Shown one piece after another: positions 28,961 through 36,787 of a stretch of DNA of 64,000 bases. The position numbers were made by a program, and so were the translations under genes. The DNA is from Nanobdellota archaeon (GTDB taxonomy: Archaea; Nanobdellota; Nanobdellia; Woesearchaeales; UBA11576), in the NCBI GenBank assembly GCA_042576705.1, contig JBHPEY010000005.1, positions 1,786-65,785 on the forward strand. Direction: 5' to 3'. Below the pieces are notes generated by a model that made no database searches, had not been told where the DNA came from, and saw only the letters and a list, made by a program, of their open reading frames with translations. The first letter of the stretch is position 1, and every line of letters begins with the position of its first letter.

Positions 28961-30322
28961 TCAATATTTGTGCCTAAAACAACCCCCTGTGCATTTGACT
29001 ATAGCATATCTGCAATCAATACACTCAGGATGGCTCAGGTTAGATACTAGTTTTTCCATGTTGGCCTTGAACAAGAGAGTGTTCAGCCTGTTGAATGAAA
29101 TAATAGGGGAATCATCCTCATCTGACTTAAATATCCTTGCAATCTTAATCGGATGCTGGTTACAGTGCAATAACTCAAAATCAGAATTAATAAGGCCATA
29201 GTCCCCGGGGCGGCAAGTCGAGTTGAAATAATCTATCAAGTTTGATCTTTTGATAAAATCAATAGAATCTCTTGTCCAAAAACACAGAGGAATCTTGTGA
29301 TCGAAGCTCAAAAAATCAGTTTTTGCCCTAATAATATGATCTACAACAGCCACCCATCTCTTATTCAATAAATCCTTGTTTTCAAAAATATTCTCAACAC
29401 AATTCAGCGTCACATTAAATTTCATCCTATCGACACACTTTTCTCTGCACGCGTCAATGACAGCATCAATCTTCGAGAAAAGACCGTCTATGTCTGTTTT
29501 CGCTCCCACCATCGTCTCAAAAGTGCGGTTAAACTGCAGCTTTGGCAGGACCTTATCATAATCAAAGCCTCTATTTATAAGGCCAAGGTTATAAGTGATA
29601 GAATCGGTCTCTCTTGGTTTTACATTCAGAATCTCTTCATTGACTGCGTTCGTGAACAGGCCCACCCGGCTGAATCTTTTCTGGGCATATTCATATAGCA
29701 TTCTAAAATCAGGATGTACTGTAGGTTCACCACCCATTATCTTCAGCTCACTGGTGTGCTTTGACAGGTAATCAAAAAGTGCCATTGCACGTCTTGATTC
29801 CATATGCTTTTTTGTCCTAATATCCTTGTTGAAACAGTGCGGACAATTAGAATTACAGTTCTCTGTCAGCAAAACACGTATCCGCTGAATATATTCTGGA
29901 ACTGAACTCTTGTTGATATCAGGAAATGATTCCATCCGCAGAGCCAGAATCTGCGGAGGGATGTTCAGCGTGCGACAAGCAAGAAGCCGCGTGTTACCTG
30001 CAACAACGCAAGGCCGGTAACCATTGCGAAAAAGTACGGACGGTGCGGGAACAGACCCTCCTGTATGCATGGCTTCCTGTATCAGACCAAATTCTCTTTT
30101 GTGTTTCGTCTGTTCCTGTCGTTCTTCTGTCGGTGCGCCGCCATCGATGGACTCGCAGTTCTCAAGAATGGACCAATCAGCAGCATCTAATGACTCCAGA
30201 TGAGACTCACGGAACAATCTTATCAGAAGAGAAGCATCTAAATCAAGGAAATGTGCTGTGCGTTTTATCTCCCCCAGTTCCCTCTCAACCGCGGGTTTTA
30301 CCCAAATAGGCTGTGTGGCCAT
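28961..30322 (-). CDS. Radical SAM enzyme with a ~140-aa N-terminal ParB/Srx-like domain
   Basis: NCNSNCPHC (Cx3Cx2C) at about aa 157. C-terminal CIDCRYAIVKCTGGC suggests an auxiliary cluster. The N-terminal PAPSVLFRNGYRPCVVAGNTRLLACRTLNIPPQILALRM resembles the ParB-like core (P.lv...g.y.v.dG.hRl.Aa..lg...ip). That domain call is weak. Confidence 0.65.
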   Translation of the reverse strand: MATQPIWVKPAVERELGEIKRTAHFLDLDASLLIRLFRESHLESLDAADWSILENCESIDGGAPTEERQEQTKHKREFGLIQEAMHTGGSVPAPSVLFRNGYRPCVVAGNTRLLACRTLNIPPQILALRMESFPDINKSSVPEYIQRIRVLLTENCNSNCPHCFNKDIRTKKHMESRRAMALFDYLSKHTSELKIMGGEPTVHPDFRMLYEYAQKRFSRVGLFTNAVNEEILNVKPRETDSITYNLGLINRGFDYDKVLPKLQFNRTFETMVGAKTDIDGLFSKIDAVIDACREKCVDRMKFNVTLNCVENIFENKDLLNKRWVAVVDHIIRAKTDFLSFDHKIPLCFWTRDSIDFIKRSNLIDYFNSTCRPGDYGLINSDFELLHCNQHPIKIARIFKSDEDDSPIISFNRLNTLLFKANMEKLVSNLSHPECIDCRYAIVKCTGGCFRHKY

Positions 30323-30498
30323 GATCGTGAGAAATTATCAAAACTCTCTGCTTTAACCATCTCTAACAAAGCAAACCTGTTTTTCATCTTCTACTCGGGT
30401 TCAGGTTTTTTTAAATATCTTTCTGTTTTATGAAACACAGCAATATTGAAAATTTATAAACATAAGAGATTCTATTATAAATGCTATGCAGCATATTT

Positions 30499-31425
30499 TT
30501 ACCCAAACATGATTACAAAACCTCCCCCATCAAAGGTTGTTTTGCCTATAGTGAATTTGCTGAAAGAATCACACACAATGCTCGTGTTTGACCTTAGTTC
30601 ATCAAAAAATCTCCCTTTGCTCACAGACCCTTTGATATTCCGGTAGTTAATACGTCCGCTTTTGAATTCGTAATCAGATGTGAAAAATATCCCTTCCTCT
30701 TCAGTATACAATACAAAAGATTTCAATACTCTCTCGTAATTCTCCTTTAATTCAGGTGCGTACGCACCCAGTACTTTCAAGAAGCGTTCTCCAAGCGTTC
30801 TTGACCTCTCACAATCAAAACTACAGGGAAAGTGTGATAAAATGCTGATTCCAAAATACCTTAAACAAAAGTTGTTTACAAATGGAAATATAGCAAGATC
30901 CTTGATTGCTGAAACTATAAGATCCCCTTGATGTCTTGCAGCAGTCTTGATGTTCTTCAGGTAATACTCAACACAGCACTTAGGGTATCCCAGCATAATC
31001 CCAAAATCAGGGTGGTTTATCTTCTCATATTCTTTTGCCTGCAACGCATCCTCCCGCGACATTGAAATATACACCAAATACTTTCCATCATTATTGTTGA
31101 GGGCAACCATATCTGACCGGTTTGCCAATGCCCCGCCTTTACCTTTGTCAAACCTTTCTACAATCTTGAAGTCCTGCACAGCCATAAACAACCGGTTCTT
31201 TTCACATAAAGTTGATATGGACCTCAACTCATCTTCTGATACAACTAAACGACAGGCCCTTTTGTGAGAGTGATATGTCAAAAGTACCTCTAAAATGTCC
31301 TGATAAGAAGAAAAAATCTTCTTCAGACCTGAATGCAGTTCTAGATTGGTTTCCATGTTTTCCATATTTACCTGCAGCACGCCCTTTATTTTAATACTTC
31401 CTTTCTTAAAAGCCATCTTTACCAT
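30499..31425 (-). CDS. Hypothetical protein with GYPKCC ... HFPCSFDC cysteine motifs (possibly DUF483-like)
   Basis: 308-aa ORF. MLGYPKCCVEYY and SHFPCSFDCERS give four Cys in two pairs, a possible metal site. Start uncertain (ATGs at 31425, 31416, 31365). Family assignment is from memory only. Confidence 0.45.
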   Translation of the reverse strand: MVKMAFKKGSIKIKGVLQVNMENMETNLELHSGLKKIFSSYQDILEVLLTYHSHKRACRLVVSEDELRSISTLCEKNRLFMAVQDFKIVERFDKGKGGALANRSDMVALNNNDGKYLVYISMSREDALQAKEYEKINHPDFGIMLGYPKCCVEYYLKNIKTAARHQGDLIVSAIKDLAIFPFVNNFCLRYFGISILSHFPCSFDCERSRTLGERFLKVLGAYAPELKENYERVLKSFVLYTEEEGIFFTSDYEFKSGRINYRNIKGSVSKGRFFDELRSNTSIVCDSFSKFTIGKTTFDGGGFVIMFG

Positions 31426-31441
31426 AACATTTAAATGTTAT
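31424..31441. promoter_or_regulatory. Perfect 18-nt palindrome ATAACATTTAAATGTTAT (bidirectional BRE/TATA candidate)
   Basis: Sits between the divergent genes 30499-31425 and 31454/31496-32353. It contains the recurrent AACATTTAAA motif in both orientations. Confidence 0.4.
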
Positions 31442-31453
31442 TCTTAATACTGT

Positions 31454-32353
31454 TTGGCTAAACACCATAAATATCCTACCCTTATAAACCGTAGAATGAG
31501 AACAGAAATCAAGCTAGGAACTGTATGCAATAACAACTGCGTGTTCTGCCTGAACGAAAAACACGGCGTTACAAATGACTCTGAAACAATCATGCAGAGA
31601 ATAATTCACGCCAAAGAAAAAGGGGTTGACAGAATCCAATTCACGGGCGGGGAACCAACCATATCAAAAGATTTCTTCAAATTTGTCGGGCTTGCCAATA
31701 ACCTTGGTCTAGGCATAAGTGTCCAAACCAATGGACGAACATGCTCATATGAAAAATTCGCTTTGAGGACAATGTTATCTGGTGCGAGCGGTTTTTTGGT
31801 AAGTCTCCACGCGCACAATGAAGAACTTAACCGCAAGATAACGCAGGTTCCAGGAGGATTTGAACAAACAAAAAAGGGAATAAAAAACATAATCAAACAC
31901 AGTGGAAGGGTCACAATAAATTGTGTTGTGAACAGCTTAAATGTCACACATCTTCCTGAAATAGCAGCACACCATGCAAAACTTGGTGCCGATTTGGTTC
32001 AATTAAGCTGGTGCAGACCTCAAGGAAAAGTAAAGGTTAAAGTGGGTGACCTGATACCTGCATACACTAATCACGTCAGCTTTCTTGAGCAGGCGTTAGA
32101 TATACTGAAGAAAGAGGGTGTCAGAGCGCATTTTTACGGAGTTCCGCTCTGTCTTATCAATCATAGATATGTCCCGTTTTTTGGTGACCCCTACGCCAGT
32201 ACTGTTGTTCTGAGCCAGGAAATGCAGGATGCCAGGAAATGGATTGCGAATGAAAGGGAGTGTTATGTAGACAAATGTCAGGGTTGTCAATATAAAGACA
32301 AAGAATGCACGGGTTTCTTCAAGAAATATGTCGAACATTATGGACCTATATGA
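31454..32353 (+). CDS. Radical SAM enzyme (MoaA/PqqE-like core, Cys-rich C-terminus)
   Basis: CNNNCVFC (Cx3Cx2C), FTGGEPT, and C-terminal CQGCQYKDKEC. The track start is TTG 31454; ATG 31496 (MRTEIKLGTVCNNNC...) is the more likely start. Confidence 0.75.
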   Translation: MAKHHKYPTLINRRMRTEIKLGTVCNNNCVFCLNEKHGVTNDSETIMQRIIHAKEKGVDRIQFTGGEPTISKDFFKFVGLANNLGLGISVQTNGRTCSYEKFALRTMLSGASGFLVSLHAHNEELNRKITQVPGGFEQTKKGIKNIIKHSGRVTINCVVNSLNVTHLPEIAAHHAKLGADLVQLSWCRPQGKVKVKVGDLIPAYTNHVSFLEQALDILKKEGVRAHFYGVPLCLINHRYVPFFGDPYASTVVLSQEMQDARKWIANERECYVDKCQGCQYKDKECTGFFKKYVEHYGPI

Positions 32354-32378
32354 ATACCTACAACGATTCCCTTCTGCT

Positions 32379-32723
32379 TTAGGGTGTATATCTACTACAC
32401 TCTGTGGTTATATTCATGTCGGCGTCGCCGTCCAGCATATCAAGATCAATAGATATATTTTTTAAATTCCCTGGTTCAATAAGTCCCACCTTAGCTTTCT
32501 TCAATTCTTCTTCGTTACCATGATAGAATCCTAATATAATATCACAATCCAGCTTCATTTTATCATCATTTCTAATCAGAAATGATATGACATCGGTACT
32601 TTGATTCGTCTCCCAATCGTACACGGCTGTTTGAGAAAAATTCAACAAAGAAACATCAAAACTCGCTTTTGGTGCACAACCTATCAGGAGAAATAACAAT
32701 ATCACCCAAGCTACTCTATTCAT
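32379..32723 (-). CDS. Small lipoprotein-like secreted protein
   Basis: From ATG 32723: MNRVAWVILLFLLIGCAPK, a lipobox-like LIGC. The longer track ORF (to 32774) would overlap the p30 gene by 59 nt, so I trimmed it. Confidence 0.5.
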   Translation of the reverse strand: MNRVAWVILLFLLIGCAPKASFDVSLLNFSQTAVYDWETNQSTDVISFLIRNDDKMKLDCDIILGFYHGNEEELKKAKVGLIEPGNLKNISIDLDMLDGDADMNITTECSRYTP

Positions 32724-33324
32724 ATTCAAAGTTCTCACCATATTTATTCTTTTTAGGATTAAACAGCCCAACACATCGCAGGAAAGAATCTATATCTTCT
32801 TTTGCTCGCAAGTTCATGCTATTATCTGTAAAAGATGCACAAACCACATCAAATTTGAACTTTCTGGCAAATTGTATGTTCTGTGTAATCCTGCCTAAAT
32901 AAACGGCTCTTTCCTCCCTTCTTGCTCCAATCACTCTTGAAAAATCTATGCCAATCTTTACTCCTTTTTGCCTCGCCAGAGTCGCCAATACGTGATTCAG
33001 CCCAGACGCTCGGTGGTGTATGAAATCATTCTTCCTGCTGAACTCCAGATCAAACAGGATATCAGGTTTTGCCTTCTCTATGATACTGCGGATTCTTGAC
33101 TGATCCTCTGGTGCACGCATCAGGGTCAAATATTTACCCGTGTATCTTTTCACATCCTCTGGCTTGCAAAGGACTCCCACAGAAAGCTTGAGTTTTGTTC
33201 CTTTTTGAAAGGATGATATGTCTTTTGGCGTGTCATATACGAAACACAATCCATCAAGATTAAGCTTTTCAGCTATCCTGATGAACTCTTTCTCATTGTC
33301 CTTTGGAAATACTATGTCAATCAT
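32716..33324 (-). CDS. rnp3: RNase P protein component 3 (Rpp30/p30 family)
   Basis: 202 aa. MIDIVFPKDNEKEFIRIAEKLNLDGLCFVY and ASGLNHVLATLARQKGVKIGIDFSRVI match the TIM-barrel/PHP-like archaeal p30 pattern as I remember it. Confidence 0.55.
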   Translation of the reverse strand: MIDIVFPKDNEKEFIRIAEKLNLDGLCFVYDTPKDISSFQKGTKLKLSVGVLCKPEDVKRYTGKYLTLMRAPEDQSRIRSIIEKAKPDILFDLEFSRKNDFIHHRASGLNHVLATLARQKGVKIGIDFSRVIGARREERAVYLGRITQNIQFARKFKFDVVCASFTDNSMNLRAKEDIDSFLRCVGLFNPKKNKYGENFEYE

Positions 33325-33327
33325 CTT

Positions 33328-33816
33328 TCAACTCCTGAACAGCTCAAACTTAACCAACAGCAACAACTCCTTTATCTTATAATACACAGCCTCTATAGGA
33401 TCGAAAGGATCCTGCGCTCCCTCGAACTTGAGTGATGTGTTCATGTGACCATAAAGCTTCCTGAAGACGTGCCTGGCTCTGTAGACGTGGTGCTGTGAGG
33501 TCACCACTGTTATCTTCTTCGGCTTCCTGTCCTTTATGATCTCCCAGGTGAAGACTGCGTTCTGGATCGTCGTCTTTGATTTGCGCTCTGTTATGATCTT
33601 GCTGTCTGGGATGAACTTCAGCATCATGATGCGCATGACCTCTGACTCCGGGACCGCGATCGTGGTCGGGCCGCCGGTGATGATTACCTTTGAATAATTG
33701 TTCTTCCTGTAGAGCTGGATGGCCTTGCGGACCCTTGCTATCATGAAATTACTTGGCCTGCCATCTTTCTTGGGCCCTGCGCCGAGCACTATGAGGATGT
33801 TCTTGTAGGAACTCAT
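33328..33816 (-). CDS. DUF218 / YdcF-ElyC-like protein
   Basis: ILIVLGAGPKKDGRPS, VIITGGPT, ESEVM, VVTSQHHVYRARHVF: the typical DUF218 motif order. ATGA overlap with the upstream gene (33813-33816). Confidence 0.65.
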   Translation of the reverse strand: MSSYKNILIVLGAGPKKDGRPSNFMIARVRKAIQLYRKNNYSKVIITGGPTTIAVPESEVMRIMMLKFIPDSKIITERKSKTTIQNAVFTWEIIKDRKPKKITVVTSQHHVYRARHVFRKLYGHMNTSLKFEGAQDPFDPIEAVYYKIKELLLLVKFELFRS

Positions 33817-34685
33817 CTTATCTTCTCCAGTAAGCTGTTGATCTGGCTTTTGTCATAACCAATCAAGGGAGTTAGGACTGTCATGCCGGTCTCCCTGAAC
33901 CTGTCAGGGTCAAAACCGTCGAGGTCTGCTCCGCTGACAACTGCCTGGCATCTTTTATCTGCGGCGAAGCCGCTTATTCCTGATATATCAGTTATTCTGC
34001 TTAATTTCAGGTCAATGCCGTATGAAAACCTGTTGAGTGTTGATATATCCATTTCGCTGAAGGATACAGGGAATATATCACACCCCCTGCGCATCATGAG
34101 CCATGCTGCTGCTATGTCCTGTTCATTTTCAATCATACATACCACGTTTCCGCTTATCCCTAATGGTAAACCACCGAAGCAGTCTATCTTTTCGTGGAAT
34201 ATGAATGTCTTTTTGTGTATCTCTACGCCTATGTTCAGGTCTGGATGTTTCATCCTGGCCTTAAGTTGATATGTATCGCCAACAATATCACCAAGAATAA
34301 TATCCATCTCGTGGGATGACTTTGTAAATTTCTTGTCTACGCGGTTGGTGGTTATCCTGAATGTCTTTATGGCCTGATTGTTGGTTTGGGCGGCATCAAG
34401 AGCTTGCTTTGCATATGCAATTGTCTTGGTCTTGATGTCTTCTATGTCTGACTCTGCTATGATTGCATGGCTCAGGGAGACAAGGCCGAATACGTTCTTC
34501 AGCGCATCTGCTGCGCTTTCATCTTTCGTGAAGACGAATATCCTGCCCCTTATCTTCTCTACATCTGCATCTATGCTGTTCTTCTCCAGGCATATCCTGA
34601 TGTTGTTGACCAGGCGGTTCTCAAAGAGGTTCCTGTTCTTGCCTTTCAGGGCCAACTCTCCATAGCGGCATATTATGCAATCCAT
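33813..34685 (-). CDS. ThiI-like THUMP-domain protein with degenerate, truncated PP-loop domain
   Basis: The N-terminus CIICRYGELALKGKNRNLFENRLVNNI is the ThiI NFLD signature. Where ThiI has SGGxDS, this protein has CMIENEQDIAAAWLMMRRGCDIFPV. The tail TPLIGYDKSQINSLL matches ThiI RPLIGxDKxEI. Only 290 aa. Confidence 0.6.
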   Translation of the reverse strand: MDCIICRYGELALKGKNRNLFENRLVNNIRICLEKNSIDADVEKIRGRIFVFTKDESAADALKNVFGLVSLSHAIIAESDIEDIKTKTIAYAKQALDAAQTNNQAIKTFRITTNRVDKKFTKSSHEMDIILGDIVGDTYQLKARMKHPDLNIGVEIHKKTFIFHEKIDCFGGLPLGISGNVVCMIENEQDIAAAWLMMRRGCDIFPVSFSEMDISTLNRFSYGIDLKLSRITDISGISGFAADKRCQAVVSGADLDGFDPDRFRETGMTVLTPLIGYDKSQINSLLEKIR

Positions 34686-34738
34686 GAGAGAAAGGGTTGA
34701 AAGAGGAAATATAAAGGTTTAGATTGGTTTTATTAGGC

Positions 34739-35113
34739 TTATTGGGATTCCTCGTAGTTCTTTATGGCTGCCAGAAGGGCGTCTACGCCTAGAATAGAGC
34801 AGTGTATCTTAAGCTGAGGGAGGGTGCCCAGATAGTCGATTATGTCCTGTTTGGTGAGCTTTTTGGCATCTTCCAGGGTCTTACCCCTTACCAGGTCGCA
34901 GACAGCATCTGAGGCTGCTATCGCTGCGCAGCAGCCGAAGGTCTTGAACCTGGCATCCTTTATTATGCCATCCTCTACCTTGATCTGGACCTGCATTACA
35001 TCACCGCAGGCAGGGTTGCCTACCTCACCTACTGCGTCAGGCTTGTCCATGTCGCCTGCGTGCTTCGGGTTCTTGAAATGATCCATAACCTTTTCAGAGT
35101 ACATCATGATCAC
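34739..35113 (-). CDS. iscU: Fe-S cluster scaffold IscU/NifU-like
   Basis: GNPACGDVM, FKTFGCCAAIAASD and LKIHCSILG supply the three conserved Cys of IscU. Confidence 0.9.
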   Translation of the reverse strand: MIMMYSEKVMDHFKNPKHAGDMDKPDAVGEVGNPACGDVMQVQIKVEDGIIKDARFKTFGCCAAIAASDAVCDLVRGKTLEDAKKLTKQDIIDYLGTLPQLKIHCSILGVDALLAAIKNYEESQ

Positions 35114-35119
35114 CTGTCC

Positions 35120-36298
35120 TTATGATATCTTATTCAGGACCCTCTTCAGAGGGCTTATCTTCCTCAGCTTTTCTACAAATTTCTTCATGTTCTTGATCGT
35201 GTAATCTATATCCTTCTCTGTCGTAAATCTGCTTAATGTCATCCTCATCGTGCCGTTGGCAAGCTCCTTGTCAAGGCCTATTGCCAGGAGGACATGGCTG
35301 GGTTCGAGACTGTGGGATGAACAGGCACTGCCGGTGCTTGTGCAGATGCCATTAACATCAAGGTATGAACCCAGTGATTCACCTTCTACCCTTGCGAAGG
35401 ATATATTGACATTGTTGCACAGACGGTCATCACCTTCCGGGCCGTTCAGTCTTGTGTCTTCAATCTCTTCCTGAATGCCTTTTATCATCATGTCGCGCAG
35501 TCTTGCGATCTTTTTGCAATCGCTGTCTGAAGTGAGTTTTACTGCTTTTGCAAATCCTACAATGCCTGGCACGTTCTCTGTTCCGGCGCGGAGCTTGAAC
35601 TCGTGACTTCCGCCGTGGGAGACTGCCTGGATGTTCGTGCCTTTTCTCACGTAGAGTGCGCCCACTCCTTTCGGGCCGTGTATCTTGTGGGATGACATGG
35701 AAATCAGGTCGACGTTCTGCTTTTTTGTGTTGATTGGGACTTTTGTGAAGCTCTGCACAGCGTCGGTGTGGAAGATTATCCCTTTCTTCTTGCAGAGTTC
35801 TCCTATTGATTCGATGTCCTGTATGGTCCCTACTTCGTTGTTGCCGTGGATTATTGATACAATGATTGTCTTGTCTGTGATTGCGTCTTCCAGCTGTTTC
35901 AGGTCTATGAAACCTTGCTCGTCTACTTCCAGGTATGTTGTGGTGAAGCCTTCTTTTTCCAGTTCCTTGCAGGTGTTGTTGATTGCAGGATGTTCTATCG
36001 TTGTCGTGATTATGTGGTTGCCTTTTTCCTTGTTGGCTCTTGCTGTTCCTTTTATCGCTAGGTTGTCTGACTCTGTGCCGCCGGATGTGAATATAATCTC
36101 ATCATAATTCGCGTTGAGTTTCTTTGCTATCGCTTCCCTGGCCTCATCCATGTAGCGCTTTGCTTCCTGGCCTGCCTGGTGGATGCTTGATGCGTTGCCG
36201 TATATCTCTGTGAAGAAGGGCTGCATCTCTTTTGCTACAGCAGGGTCAACCATTGTTGTCGCTCCGTTGTCAAGGTAGACTTTCATTTTGCACCTCAT
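35120..36298 (-). CDS. iscS: Cysteine desulfurase (IscS/NifS family, PLP-dependent)
   Basis: SSHKIHGPKGVGALYVR (PLP-Lys), TSTGSACSS (active-site Cys loop), FTSGGTESDN. ATG 36298 overlaps the regulator stop (ATGA); an alternative ATG at 36286 gives MKVYLDNGATT. Confidence 0.9.
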   Translation of the reverse strand: MRCKMKVYLDNGATTMVDPAVAKEMQPFFTEIYGNASSIHQAGQEAKRYMDEAREAIAKKLNANYDEIIFTSGGTESDNLAIKGTARANKEKGNHIITTTIEHPAINNTCKELEKEGFTTTYLEVDEQGFIDLKQLEDAITDKTIIVSIIHGNNEVGTIQDIESIGELCKKKGIIFHTDAVQSFTKVPINTKKQNVDLISMSSHKIHGPKGVGALYVRKGTNIQAVSHGGSHEFKLRAGTENVPGIVGFAKAVKLTSDSDCKKIARLRDMMIKGIQEEIEDTRLNGPEGDDRLCNNVNISFARVEGESLGSYLDVNGICTSTGSACSSHSLEPSHVLLAIGLDKELANGTMRMTLSRFTTEKDIDYTIKNMKKFVEKLRKISPLKRVLNKIS

Positions 36299-36669
36299 TC
36301 ATAGCATATATCACATTTGCTTAGTTTTGGGTTCTGTTTCCTATGGATGTCGCAGATTATCTTTTTCTCCTTGATTATCTTGCATAATCTTGTTATCTCT
36401 TTCATTGCCACAGCAGGATCTGGTCTTGATTGGGAGGATATTGTCTTTGCTGATCTTTCTATTTCGGATTTTAGGGGGTCCTGTTCGAATGCCTTGTAGC
36501 AGTATGAGGCTCGCTTGTCTTTCATGTATTGGGAGATTGCTGATTCTGTTATCCCTAGTAGTGGGGCTATGTCCTTTTGTTTTAGGTCTTGTTTCTTTAG
36601 TTCTGTGACTAATGCCTTGCGGATTGTCGGAATCACGTACCAGAGCTCTACTTCTTGTGGGAGTTCCAT
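36295..36669 (-). CDS. HTH transcriptional regulator with C-terminal Cys pair (COG2522-like)
   Basis: LWYVIPTIRKALVTELKKQDLKQKDIAPLLGITESAISQYMKDKR is an HTH. The C-terminus has CDIHR...CDICYE. First gene of the regulator-iscS-iscU string. Confidence 0.65.
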   Translation of the reverse strand: MELPQEVELWYVIPTIRKALVTELKKQDLKQKDIAPLLGITESAISQYMKDKRASYCYKAFEQDPLKSEIERSAKTISSQSRPDPAVAMKEITRLCKIIKEKKIICDIHRKQNPKLSKCDICYE

Positions 36670-36679
36670 TTTGGGTTTA

Positions 36680-36697
36680 AATTAACTATGGTTAATT
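36680..36697. promoter_or_regulatory. 18-nt palindrome AATTAAC-TATG-GTTAATT, candidate operator
   Basis: Lies between the minus-oriented BRE/TATA (36711-36725) and ATG 36669, about where the transcription start is expected. Confidence 0.4.
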
Positions 36698-36710
36698 AAC
36701 GATAGTGAAT

Positions 36711-36725
36711 TATTATTTAAATGTT
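36711..36725 (-). promoter_or_regulatory. BRE/TATA-like box AACATTTAAATAATA (minus orientation) for the regulator-iscS-iscU operon
   Basis: Plus strand TATTATTTAAATGTT, about 50 nt upstream of ATG 36669. Confidence 0.45.
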
Positions 36726-36776
36726 GTGGTTTTTGTCAGATAAAACCCTGATTTTCCTGCTCAACAAAACCAGATG

Positions 36777-36786
36777 TTTAAATATA
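36777..36786 (+). promoter_or_regulatory. TATA-like box TTTAAATATA for the HemN-like gene
   Basis: 23-32 nt upstream of ATG 36809, a leaderless-type spacing. Confidence 0.45.
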
Positions 36787-36787
36787 A

